DNA of 32,000 bases from Candidatus Methanophagaceae archaeon. Lineage in GTDB: Archaea; Halobacteriota; Syntropharchaeia; Alkanophagales; Methanospirareceae. Made by a program: the position numbers and the translations under genes. Shown here piece by piece: positions 1 through 7,885 of the stretch. Below the pieces are notes generated by a model, which worked only from the letters and a program-made list of their open reading frames with translations, had not been told where the DNA came from and ran no database searches. Where the stretch lies: contig PQXB01000001.1 in assembly GCA_003194425.1 (NCBI GenBank), positions 940,444 to 972,443 of the forward strand, read 5' to 3'. Within the stretch, counting starts at the first letter, position 1. Every line of letters begins with the position of its first letter.

Positions 1-147
1 TGTTCGGGTTCACTGCGTAAACTGCGTAACCCGCTTCTTTCAGGTCTTTGTAGACCTGATGCCCGTATTTCGCAGGATCTCTCGAGACGCCAACGACTGC
101 AAAAACATTCTGCTTCCTCAGGAAGTCTTTTATTAGGTCAGTGCTCA
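1..147 (-). CDS. CoA-binding domain protein (YccU/PF13380-like), N-terminal part; the gene runs off the window start
   Basis: The reverse complement from the ATG (complement of 145-147) reads MSTDLIKDFLRKQNVFAVVGVSRDPAKYGHQVYKDLKEAGYAVYAVNPN. This is a typical N-terminus of small CoA-binding proteins. It is absent from the ORF track because the window edge truncates it. Confidence 0.55.
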
Positions 148-184
148 TTTTTTAGACGGTTACAAACTTTTAAGATATTATGGT

Positions 185-238
185 ACTGGGCGAAAATATA
201 ACTGGGCGTGGGCGAAAATATAACTGGGCGAGAATATA
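185..238. promoter_or_regulatory. Three tandem copies of an ACTGGGCG(A)AAATATA unit, each with a TATA-like box, in a divergent intergenic region
   Basis: Copies lie at 185-200 and 201-222 (the latter with an internal extra TGGGCG) and at 223-238 (AAAATATA becomes GAATATA). The block ends 3 nt before the ATG at 242. The TATA-like AAAATATA at about 215-222 is roughly 20-27 nt upstream of that ATG, which fits a leaderless archaeal transcript. Confidence 0.45.
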
Positions 239-241
239 AAA

Positions 242-1300
242 ATGGACGAGTGGAAGCCGAGGAAGATTGAAGCACTCTTTGAACTGGGCGTCCACGAGCT
301 CGGGGAGCGGGCAGATTCCGTCAACCGCAGGAACGGAAACATCGTGACTTTCGTCGTTAACCGACACATAAATTACACGAACATTTGCGTCTCGAAGTGT
401 CCGCTCTGCGCCTTTTACCGCGACGCTGAAGAGAGTGACGCGTATTTTATGAGCGCTGCGGAGGTGCTTGAGAAGGCTGCGGAGGCTGTAAAAAAGGGTG
501 CTACGGAACTTCACATCGTCGGCGCACTCAACCCTGAAATGAGCGTAGAATACTTCGAGCGGATTTTCGGGCAGATAAAACGTCGGTTTCCAGAGGTTGT
601 CGTAAAAGCCTTGACCGCGACTGAAATTCATTTTCTCTCGCAGCACGAGGGGACGAGCGTTGCGGAAGTGCTCGGACGGTTGAGGGACGCGGGACTGCGA
701 GCAATGCCCGGCGGTGGTGCGGAGATTCTTGACGACGAAATTCGGGCGGTCATTTGCCCGAGCCCGCAGAAAGTAACAGCCGAGGAGTGGCTTCGGACGG
801 TGGAGACTGCCCACCGCCTCGGAATAAAGAGCAACGCGACAATGCTCTTCGGGCACATTGAAACACCAAGACACCGCGCTCTTCACCTCTACCGGCTCTG
901 GCAGTTGCAGGAGAAGACGGGCGGGTTTGTCTCCTTCGTCCCGCTCGTTTTTTACCCCGAGAACACGGAGCTCAAAGCACGAGGGCTGGTTGAGGAGAAG
1001 ACGAGCCCCGTGGACGTGCTCAAGACGATCGCGGTCTCCAGAATTGTGCTGCAGAAGTTCAAGAGCGTGCGGGCGTACTGGGTCGCACTCGGCGAACGGC
1101 TCGCTCAGGTCGCTCTAAATTACGGTGCGAACGATTTGGACGGCACGCTTACCGAGGAGCGGGTCACGCACTCTGCGGGGGCGAAAACGCCTCTTGCACT
1201 TCAGACAAACAAGATTCTGAGCCTTGTGCGGGGCGCGAACGCGAACAAAATACCCGCAGAAAGGGACACTTTTTACAACATTTTGAAGGTGTTTTCGTGA
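242..1300 (+). CDS. Radical SAM enzyme of the MqnE/MqnC (futalosine pathway) family
   Basis: The CX3CX2C cluster motif occurs in NRHINYTNICVSKCPLCAFY. Also present are PGGGAEILDDEIR, ATMLFGHIET and GGFVSFVPLVF. The PGGGAE signature favours MqnC/MqnE over CofH (PGTAAE). The gene sits next to an MqnA/D-family gene. Confidence 0.8.
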   Translation: MDEWKPRKIEALFELGVHELGERADSVNRRNGNIVTFVVNRHINYTNICVSKCPLCAFYRDAEESDAYFMSAAEVLEKAAEAVKKGATELHIVGALNPEMSVEYFERIFGQIKRRFPEVVVKALTATEIHFLSQHEGTSVAEVLGRLRDAGLRAMPGGGAEILDDEIRAVICPSPQKVTAEEWLRTVETAHRLGIKSNATMLFGHIETPRHRALHLYRLWQLQEKTGGFVSFVPLVFYPENTELKARGLVEEKTSPVDVLKTIAVSRIVLQKFKSVRAYWVALGERLAQVALNYGANDLDGTLTEERVTHSAGAKTPLALQTNKILSLVRGANANKIPAERDTFYNILKVFS

Positions 1301-1301
1301 A

Positions 1302-2159
1302 ATGAGCAGGAAGACAAGAATCGGGAAGTTCGGGTTCGTGAACAATTTTCTGCCTTACTACAGGCTGGAGCAGAACGGGGTGGCGGTGGTTGAGGCGTCG
1401 CCGAAGCGGTTGGCGGGGCTGCTTGAGCGGGGCGAGGTGGATTTCGCACCCGTGCCTTCGTTCTACTACCTGAAGAACAAGGAGAAGTTGAGGAGTTACG
1501 AGTTCTGCGTCGCCTCAACAGAGCGGGTCTTGAGTGTGGTCGTCGTTTCCGAGAGGGCGGGGCGGCTTGAAAGGGGAGCAGGGCTTGAAGGAGAGTGGAG
1601 AAACGGCTGTGTCGCTGCGACGAACCAGACAGTAACCTCGCTCAACCTGCTGAAAATTATTCTGCGGGAGCGGGGGTTGGGAGAGGTGGGGTTGGGAGAG
1701 GCAGGGTTGGGAGAGGCAGGGTTGGGAGAGGCGGAGTTGGGAGAGGCGTGGGAGGTGAAGGTTGTGAATGAAAGTAGGGCAGGCGAACTACTCAAGCACG
1801 GCACGTACGCACTCGTGATCGGCGACGAGGCGATCCGGGCGAGGCTGACTAACAAGTACAGGGTAGAGTTGGATTTGGGAGCGGAGTGGCGGGAATTAAC
1901 GGGCTGTCCGATGGTTTTTGGGATTTCGGCGTCGCCGAGGGAGAAGGAGTTGGGAGAAGAGAGCAGGAAGGTTTTGGAGTCGCTGGCGTGGGGGGAGAAG
2001 CACGTTGAGGTGGTGGTGGGGGAGGCGGAGAAGAAGTTTGGAATGCCCGCGGAATTTCTACGCGAGTATTTCAACTCGCTCACCTACCGACTGGGTGCGA
2101 GGGAACGGCGGGGGCTTGAACTGTTTGAGGAGAAGTGTTATGAATTTGGGTTGCTCTGA
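1302..2159 (+). CDS. MqnA/MqnD family protein (PF02621, menaquinone biosynthesis via futalosine)
   Basis: The N-terminus RIGKFGFVNNFLPYY...SPKRLAGLLERGEVDFAPVPSFYY is typical of chorismate dehydratase or 1,4-dihydroxy-6-naphthoate synthase. The start lies 1 nt after the upstream stop and the end overlaps the next gene. It is flanked by two MqnC/E-type radical SAM genes. Confidence 0.7.
   Translation: MSRKTRIGKFGFVNNFLPYYRLEQNGVAVVEASPKRLAGLLERGEVDFAPVPSFYYLKNKEKLRSYEFCVASTERVLSVVVVSERAGRLERGAGLEGEWRNGCVAATNQTVTSLNLLKIILRERGLGEVGLGEAGLGEAGLGEAELGEAWEVKVVNESRAGELLKHGTYALVIGDEAIRARLTNKYRVELDLGAEWRELTGCPMVFGISASPREKELGEESRKVLESLAWGEKHVEVVVGEAEKKFGMPAEFLREYFNSLTYRLGARERRGLELFEEKCYEFGLL
1674..1748 (+). 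repeat. 15-bp x5 in-frame tandem repeat (GGGTTGGGAGAGGNN) encoding GLGEV-GLGEA-GLGEA-GLGEA-ELGEA
   Basis: Read directly from the sequence. Copies 2 and 3 are identical and the others differ by 1-2 nt. The repeat is codon-aligned with the 1302 frame. Confidence 0.95.
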
Positions 2160-3240
2160 GTGGGCGTGGGCAGATTTGGTGGAGAAGAATTTGGAAGGTA
2201 GGGATTTGAGTTTCGAGGAAGCGTTGCGGCTGTTTGAGTTGCCGTTGCCGGTTGTGGGTAGAATTGCGGACGAAATTCGGCGGGTGCGGTGCGGAGAGCT
2301 CGTGACCTTCGTTGTTGACCGGAACATAAATTACACGAACCGCTGCGTAGCAGGCTGCAAGTTCTGTGCGTTTTACGCAAAGGGCGAAGAAGAGGGGTTT
2401 GTTTTGAGTGAAGAGGAGGTTTTGAGGAAGGTTAGGGAGGCTGTTGAAGTCGGTGCGACGCAGATTTTAATTCAAGGCGGACTCAACCCGGAACTTGGAA
2501 TTGAGTGGTTTGAGGCTCTGTTCTCGGCGGTAAAGCGTGAATTTCCGGGCGTCCCACTTCAGATTCACAGCCTCTCACCGCCTGAAATCCATTTCCTCGC
2601 GAAGAACGAGGGGCTGAGTGTGAAAGAGACGCTTGAGAGGTTGCGAGAGGCGGGGCTTGACTCACTGCCCGGCGGAGGAGCGGAGGTTCTGAGTGAGCGG
2701 GTCCGGAAGGCGGTTAGCCCCGGCAAAGTCAGTGCAGACGGCTGGATTTCGATAGTGGAGACTGCACACGGGCTTGGAATGCCGACGACCGCGACGATGA
2801 TGTTCGGGCATCTTGAACGCGACGAAGACATTGTCGAGCATCTCTTTAGGGTACGCGACTTGCAGACAAAAACAGGCGGCTTCACCGCTTTCATCCCCTG
2901 GACTTTTCAGCCGCAGAACACAGAACTCCACGCCTGCGGGCTCGTAAAAGAGCCGGTCTCGGCAGCGAGGTACTTGCAGGTCTTGGCGATTTCGCGGGTC
3001 GTTCTGCACCCGTTCCGAAATCTGCAGGCGTCGTGGCTCACGCAGGACTTTGAAGTCGCGAAGTTGGCACTCTTCTTCGGTGCGAACGACTTCGGCGGCA
3101 CGATTCTTGAGGAAAATGTCGTAACCGCAGCAGGGAAGGAGCACAGACCCGCGAGGGTTGCGGAGATTGTTAAAGCCGTGAAATCGGTCGGCAGACCCAC
3201 AGCACAGCGGAACACGAGTTACGAGGTCTTGTGTTTGTAA
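2140..3240 (+). CDS. Radical SAM enzyme of the MqnC/MqnE family (second paralogue)
   Basis: Motifs are DRNINYTNRCVAGCKFCAFY, SLPGGGAEVLSERVR, ATMMFGHLE and GGFTAFIPWTF. I place the start at ATG 2140 (MNLGCSEW...), overlapping the previous gene by 20 nt. The ORF-track start at 1918 would overlap the MqnA/D gene by 240 nt and encodes an R/W-rich nonsense-like peptide. Confidence 0.8.
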   Translation: MNLGCSEWAWADLVEKNLEGRDLSFEEALRLFELPLPVVGRIADEIRRVRCGELVTFVVDRNINYTNRCVAGCKFCAFYAKGEEEGFVLSEEEVLRKVREAVEVGATQILIQGGLNPELGIEWFEALFSAVKREFPGVPLQIHSLSPPEIHFLAKNEGLSVKETLERLREAGLDSLPGGGAEVLSERVRKAVSPGKVSADGWISIVETAHGLGMPTTATMMFGHLERDEDIVEHLFRVRDLQTKTGGFTAFIPWTFQPQNTELHACGLVKEPVSAARYLQVLAISRVVLHPFRNLQASWLTQDFEVAKLALFFGANDFGGTILEENVVTAAGKEHRPARVAEIVKAVKSVGRPTAQRNTSYEVLCL

Positions 3241-3246
3241 AGTTGT

Positions 3247-3277
3247 GAGGAGGAGGGAGGAGGAGGGAGGAGGAGGG
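3247..3277. repeat. 10-bp x3 purine tandem repeat (AGGAGGGAGG) in a convergent intergenic region
   Basis: Copies at 3251-3260 and 3261-3270 are identical, with partial copies on both sides. The repeat lies between the stop at 3240 (+) and the stop at 3324 (-). Confidence 0.9.
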
Positions 3278-3323
3278 GATCATAAAGTTCGATCCCGCCG
3301 CTCGCTCTATTTCATTCGTGAAA

Positions 3324-5126
3324 TTAAGGAGCCTCTCTCCCTTCCCCCCCAACCAGCATCCTCCCGTAAATCTCAATCGCCCTCCTCAAGTCCGCCTCCT
3401 TCAAGAACCCCTGCAGTGTCAGGACTTCAAAAATCCGCTTCGGAATGCGAAGTCCTGCGAGGCTAAACCCTTCGCGAAACTTGAACTCCATCTTTGCACG
3501 ATGAATAACTCGCCCGAGGTCTTCTAATTTCTCCGCTGTCCAGCCTTCTACGCCAATCGCGTCCAACGCCCGTGCTGTCACCTCCGCGGTGTAAACCTTC
3601 CTCGCAAAGAAGCAGACCACGAGGCTTGAAAGCACCTGCCGCCACTCCTCCTCCTTTAACAACGCCCTCACCACCTCTTCAAGCCCGAGTTCTTTTTCTT
3701 TTCCCGCTCCCGCCAACTTCTGGTCAAGGTCGTAGCCCGCGGAGTCAAGGTGGCTGTGCCTCGCTCCCGTAAGATTGTTTATGTAGCACGCGAGCCCGGT
3801 GTGGTATGCAGGCATCTCGTTGCCGCCGAATGCGAGTGCGTAGTCTTTCCCGCCGTAGACGCTTGACGCGTGTTCTACACCCCTCGCCAGATTTCGGTAA
3901 AACTCGTTCGCCCCCTCCACGATTTTATTTATCGCCTCAGAATAAAGACGAGCGTCGCCCCACCTGAACTCCAGTCCCTCAGTCTGCTCCTTCGTCAGCA
4001 GCCCCTTCGCGTACGCCTCCGTCGCCCACGCCAGCGTCACGCCAGTGCTCATCACATCCATTCCTTCAGTGTCAACCAGGTCAATCAGCCGCAGGCAATC
4101 AGCCGCACTCCTCATCCCGAGCATAAATCCAACCGCCCAAATCGGCTCGTTGTCGTAAGGAATCGTGGTGGTCTTGAAGTAATGCCCGGGCTCGTAAAGC
4201 TCTCGCAGCGCGGCAAGATGAACACAGCCCACAGGACAGTGCGAGCACGAAATCCGCCTCGCAAGAAACCGGTCTGCAAAGTTCTCGCCCGACAATTCCC
4301 TCGCAATCTCCTCCGGCGGACTCGCAGACTCCAAGTTCTTGTACGCTATTCCTCCTTTCTTTGCCAAACCGTAAAGCTTGCCTGCTGTGCCGAGGTCGTG
4401 GTATTTTTCCATCGCATCTGTCCTGACCACCGTCTCCTGAATCTCGTCGTAAACACGCTTGTATTCGCTCCTCTTCGCCTTCGGGATCTCCACGCTTTTC
4501 TCCGCAGACACGACCACCGCTTTCAGCCGCTTCGCACCCATCACCGCACCCAAGCCGAGCCGCCCAAAATGTCGGTAAGTCTCGGTTACCGCGCAGGCGT
4601 ACCGCACCAGCCGCTCACCCGCTCTTCCAATCCGTATAATCGTCCTCGCGCCCGCTCCCTTCTTCTCCACCTCCCGCAGAATCCTTCCCACTGTCTCTGC
4701 GTCAATGCCCCTGAGGGAAGAGGCGTCTCTGAACCTCACTTCGTCCCCGTGTATCGTCAGGTACATCGGGATCTCGCTCGAGCCTTTGATTACAATCGCT
4801 CCGTAACCTGCGAGCCGAATCGCCATCGCACTCCGCCCGCCGCAGTGGCTCTCGCCCAAGTTCCCAGTCAGCGGCGACTTAAACATCGCCACGGTCTTGG
4901 ACGCCGAGGGGTACAAAGCCGAGAGCGGACCGACTGCGAAAATTATTGGGTTCTCCTCGCCCAGCGGGTCCGCCCCCTTCGGACACTCCTCTGCCAGCAG
5001 ATTTATCGCAACCCCCGTACCACCCAGAAACGCCCTAAACAAATCCCGCCTCTCCTCTATTTTAATCCTCTTCCTCGTCAAGTCAATGTGCAAAACCCTT
5101 CTCCCCTCTCCTTCTTTCATTAACAT
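3324..5126 (-). CDS. Aldehyde:ferredoxin oxidoreductase family (tungsten/molybdopterin AOR)
   Basis: The protein is about 600 aa with the AOR N-domain (RVLHIDLTRKRI..., GGTGVAINLL, GPLSALYPSASK) and a CSHCPVGC cluster motif. I use ATG 5126 (MLMKEGEG...), which is preceded by GGAGGGGAGAAAAA. The ORF-track start at 5297 would overlap the ferredoxin gene. Confidence 0.85.
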   Translation of the reverse strand: MLMKEGEGRRVLHIDLTRKRIKIEERRDLFRAFLGGTGVAINLLAEECPKGADPLGEENPIIFAVGPLSALYPSASKTVAMFKSPLTGNLGESHCGGRSAMAIRLAGYGAIVIKGSSEIPMYLTIHGDEVRFRDASSLRGIDAETVGRILREVEKKGAGARTIIRIGRAGERLVRYACAVTETYRHFGRLGLGAVMGAKRLKAVVVSAEKSVEIPKAKRSEYKRVYDEIQETVVRTDAMEKYHDLGTAGKLYGLAKKGGIAYKNLESASPPEEIARELSGENFADRFLARRISCSHCPVGCVHLAALRELYEPGHYFKTTTIPYDNEPIWAVGFMLGMRSAADCLRLIDLVDTEGMDVMSTGVTLAWATEAYAKGLLTKEQTEGLEFRWGDARLYSEAINKIVEGANEFYRNLARGVEHASSVYGGKDYALAFGGNEMPAYHTGLACYINNLTGARHSHLDSAGYDLDQKLAGAGKEKELGLEEVVRALLKEEEWRQVLSSLVVCFFARKVYTAEVTARALDAIGVEGWTAEKLEDLGRVIHRAKMEFKFREGFSLAGLRIPKRIFEVLTLQGFLKEADLRRAIEIYGRMLVGGEGREAP

Positions 5127-5139
5127 TTTTTCTCCCCTC

Positions 5140-5565
5140 CTAAACCTCGACCAGTCCAATCGCGTTATGCACGCAATAATCCGCACATTCTCCGCAATAT
5201 CTGCAGACAATTGGCTTGTTCTTCTCGCTACTCCAGAAGATTGCACCCATAATGCAGGCTTGCACGCAGAAACCACACCCGATGCACTTGTCCTCATTCA
5301 ACACCACTCCCCCTCCGCCTCCCCCTCCGCCTCCTTTTTCCTTCCGCTCTCTTAACGCACCCGTGGGACAGACTTTTGCACACGGCGGGTTCTCGCAGGA
5401 ACGGCAGACGACGACTACAAAACCCCGTTCTATGCCTCCTGCAGACCGCACTCTTATCGCCGAATTGTCAAAACCGCCTCTGCCTACCCTTCTCGAGCAC
5501 GCAAACATACATTCCATACAACCGATGCATTTGTTCACATCCAGCGTCGCTAATTTTTTTGCCAT
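5140..5565 (-). CDS. 4Fe-4S polyferredoxin-like protein (four Cys-cluster motifs), probable AOR partner
   Basis: Cluster motifs are CIGCMECMFAC, CRSCENPPCAKVCP, CIGCGFCVQAC and CRYCGECADYC. The gene lies immediately upstream of AOR on the same strand with a 13-nt gap. Confidence 0.8.
   Translation of the reverse strand: MAKKLATLDVNKCIGCMECMFACSRRVGRGGFDNSAIRVRSAGGIERGFVVVVCRSCENPPCAKVCPTGALRERKEKGGGGGGGGGVVLNEDKCIGCGFCVQACIMGAIFWSSEKNKPIVCRYCGECADYCVHNAIGLVEV
5309..5334 (-). repeat. 12-bp x2.2 tandem repeat (CCCCCTCCGCCT on the + strand) encoding a run of 9 Gly in the ferredoxin
   Basis: Copies at 5309-5320 and 5321-5332 are identical. The translation is KEKGGGGGGGGGVVL, located between cluster motifs 2 and 3. 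Confidence 0.9.
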
Positions 5566-5584
5566 CTTTATTTGGTCCTTTTTA

Positions 5585-6667
5585 TCAAAATATAATTTTA
5601 TCCAGAGACCCCTGCTGCCCCTGCTGCCCCTGCTTGAGTGCGATTTTTATCTCTCTTGAGATTCGCCTGCCGGTGCTCATTGGCTCGTGGTAGAGCAGTT
5701 GCGAGTAAGGGGAGCCGTTAATGTAGAGGTTTGTGCCTGCCACAATTCGTGCGGAAATCTCGAACGCAACAAACTCCAAATCCTCGGTGCAGACGGTTTC
5801 AATGCAGAAAGGACCTGTCAAGCCGGGGCTGAAGAGTTCTTGCGAGGCTTTAACCACACGCAGACCCATTCCCAAGACTTGCTGCAGGAGCGATTCCCTG
5901 ACCACAACTGGAAGATTTCCGGTGACTACAAAAGAGAGGACAGGGTGGAGGTCTTCGAGAAGGGAAGAGAGTCGGGCGAGTCCGTCGATGTTGGATTCGT
6001 AGCGGATGTCAATGCTGAGGAGTTCCAACCTCTCCGTCAGTGGTGAGTAGAAGTAGTGGGGGTAGAACCTCGTTCCAATTACATATTCTTGAAGTGTAAA
6101 TTTTTCCTTTCCTCGTAGTTTCATTTTTCTGATCTTCCTCTCAAACTCTTCAGGACTCCCCGCGAGGAAGTAGCCCTTCCCGCCTTTAGCGCCGGGGAAT
6201 TTGACAATTACTAGTAGGTCAATTTCAGCAGGGCTCTTGAACTCCCGCGGGAGCCTCAGGTCGGCACGCACCAGCCATTCCCGCTCCTTCTCACGGTCAG
6301 ATTCCCAGTTCAGCACCGCTCTGTTCCCGAAGATTGGGACCTTGAGTTCGTTCTCAATGCGTGCGGGCGAGAGGTATTCAACGAAGGAGCCGTGCGGGAT
6401 AAGAATGGCGTTTCTCTTTATCAGACCCTCCTGAAACTCCGTTTCCAGAACCTGCGTGAAATTCTCGACGGTTAGGAGTTCGTCAGCCACGCCGAACTGC
6501 CGGTAGACCTCTTCGGTGCCTTTTTTACAAATCACCAGATTCTTGAAGCCCTCGTCTCTTGCTCCTTTAAGAATTTGGAGTGCGGTGTGACTCCCGATAG
6601 TGGCGACAGTTATTCTCTCCCGAGCGTAGCCTTTCAGAATCTGATGAATTTCTCTTCGTGATATCAT
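5585..6667 (-). CDS. purP: PurP, 5-formaminoimidazole-4-carboxamide ribonucleotide (FAICAR) synthetase, ATP-grasp
   Basis: The N-terminus ...ITVATIGSHTALQILKGARDEGFKNLVIC and the ATP-grasp core are those of the archaeal PurP family (DUF1246/DUF1297). It is a tandem paralogue of the next gene. Confidence 0.8.
   Translation of the reverse strand: MISRREIHQILKGYARERITVATIGSHTALQILKGARDEGFKNLVICKKGTEEVYRQFGVADELLTVENFTQVLETEFQEGLIKRNAILIPHGSFVEYLSPARIENELKVPIFGNRAVLNWESDREKEREWLVRADLRLPREFKSPAEIDLLVIVKFPGAKGGKGYFLAGSPEEFERKIRKMKLRGKEKFTLQEYVIGTRFYPHYFYSPLTERLELLSIDIRYESNIDGLARLSSLLEDLHPVLSFVVTGNLPVVVRESLLQQVLGMGLRVVKASQELFSPGLTGPFCIETVCTEDLEFVAFEISARIVAGTNLYINGSPYSQLLYHEPMSTGRRISREIKIALKQGQQGQQGSLDKIIF
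5611..5635 (-). repeat. 9-bp x2.8 tandem repeat (CCTGCTGCC on the + strand) encoding QGQQGQQG near the PurP C-terminus
   Basis: Copies at 5611-5619 and 5620-5628 are identical, with a partial copy at 5629-5635. The protein tail reads ...ALKQGQQGQQGSLDKIIF. Confidence 0.9.
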
Positions 6668-6687
6668 TTTAGGTAAGGTTGGGTTTT

Positions 6688-6755
6688 AGGTTAGTCAGGT
6701 TAGTCAGTTAGGTCAGGTAACAGTCTCGTCAGTTAGGTCAGGTAACGGTCTCCGC
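6688..6755. repeat. Nested tandem duplications: AGGTTAGTC x2, then a 25-bp unit AGTTAGGTCAGGTAAC(A/G)GTCTC... x2 that spans the stop codon of the upstream purP paralogue
   Basis: The 9-bp copies are 6688-6696 and 6697-6705. The 25-bp copies are 6706-6730 and 6731-6755 (22/25 identical). Copy 2 contains the last codons plus the stop (6738-6740) of the 6738..7874 gene. Copy 1 is a non-coding duplicate lying upstream of the 6667 start. Confidence 0.9.
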
Positions 6756-7874
6756 CAGCCTGTTCAGTTGAATGGCTTTCCGGATTTCCATCGCCACCCG
6801 CTTCCCCACGGAAAGAGATTCCCCGTGCAGGTAGCCGGAGTAAGGCGTAAACATTGTTCCAGGGGAGCCCTGCACTCGCATAGAAATGTCGAAGACGACC
6901 GCTTTCTCCTTCGGAGGACCGGGAACGAAGGCAGCCTGCAGAGCGAAGGGACCGACAATTCCTGGCGGGTACTCCGCCCTTGCAACACTCACGAATTTTT
7001 CTCCCAGCTCAAATATCTGCTCAAGGAGGGACTCTTTCACCGTGCAGGCGATGTGGCCGGCTTCGATGGCTTTGACATCCAAGTGCTTCAGGGCTGCCAA
7101 CTGCTGCGGTGCGGGAAGGTGAAGAAAGCCGTCCAGATTAGTCTGTCGCCTGGTGTCAATCCCCAGGAGTTCGAGCCGCTGGTCTAAGAGCGAGTAGAAG
7201 TAGTTGAAGTTGGACTGCGCTCCAAGAACGAACTCCTCAATCACCGCTTTCTTTAGCCCCGCCGCGGTTATTTTTCCGTCGCGAAGCATCTGCTCTGAAT
7301 TTCGGCGGAACTCCTCGGGAGAGGCGGCGAAGAAGAACGCTCGCTCGTATTCCCGCTGCGCTTCTGGCGCTTTAACCAGAACCAGACGGTCAATTTCCTC
7401 TGGGCTTTTATAAACGCGTGGATACGGAATTCCACCCTTTTCCATCAAGAAATACTGGTTCCTCTCTGCGTCCCGCTCCTCTGCACGAAGCATTTTTCTG
7501 GAGCCGAAGAGGGGTAGCAGGAATTCGTTCTCGATCCGGTCGAAACCGACGTACACCTCAAAGGAGCGGTGCGGGACGAAGACGACATTATTTTCACGCA
7601 TTTTCTTCAGCACTTTTTCCTGCGTTATGTCTGAAAAATTCTCCAAGATTATCGTCTGATCCACGATCCCCGTAGAACTGCCCGCCCGGTCCGTCCGGTA
7701 GTAGAGGTCATAAGTTTTCTCCTTCCCCTTCTGGCAGACAACAAGGGTTCTAAAGCCCAAGTCCTTCGCCCCTCTGCAGATGTCCAGCGCGGAATGCGAC
7801 CCCAGAACGCCTACCGTCACCTCCTTCAGATCGTACTCTCCTAAAACCTCTCTTATCTCTTCTTGTGCAATCAT
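6738..7874 (-). CDS. purP: PurP paralogue (FAICAR synthetase family, ATP-grasp)
   Basis: It shares the architecture of 5585..6667, with VTVGVLGSHSALDICRGAKDLGFRTLVVC and ATP-grasp motifs. Confidence 0.8.
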   Translation of the reverse strand: MIAQEEIREVLGEYDLKEVTVGVLGSHSALDICRGAKDLGFRTLVVCQKGKEKTYDLYYRTDRAGSSTGIVDQTIILENFSDITQEKVLKKMRENNVVFVPHRSFEVYVGFDRIENEFLLPLFGSRKMLRAEERDAERNQYFLMEKGGIPYPRVYKSPEEIDRLVLVKAPEAQREYERAFFFAASPEEFRRNSEQMLRDGKITAAGLKKAVIEEFVLGAQSNFNYFYSLLDQRLELLGIDTRRQTNLDGFLHLPAPQQLAALKHLDVKAIEAGHIACTVKESLLEQIFELGEKFVSVARAEYPPGIVGPFALQAAFVPGPPKEKAVVFDISMRVQGSPGTMFTPYSGYLHGESLSVGKRVAMEIRKAIQLNRLAETVT

Positions 7875-7885
7875 CGGAAACTTGT

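Noticed and set aside
1918-2139. A long R/W/G-rich N-terminal extension of the second mqn radical SAM ORF.
   Set aside because: It overlaps the MqnA/D-family CDS in another frame and has a nonsense-like composition. Family homology starts near ATG 2140.
3870-5123. A 417-aa ORF antisense to AOR, and similar long antisense or shadow ORFs (for example 170..886, 1496..2083, 8756..9466, 13502..14149, 17628..18221, 22089..22901, 24665..25192).
   Set aside because: These are typical stop-poor shadow frames of GC-rich coding DNA. They have R/P/S-rich low-information translations and no recognisable motifs. Each is fully covered by a well-supported gene on the other strand.
5127-5297. A 57-codon upstream extension of the AOR ORF overlapping the ferredoxin gene.
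   Set aside because: AOR homology starts at MLMKEGEGRRVLHIDL. A strong purine-rich RBS-like GGAGGGGAG precedes ATG 5126. The extension is antisense-free overlap in another frame of a well-supported ferredoxin CDS.
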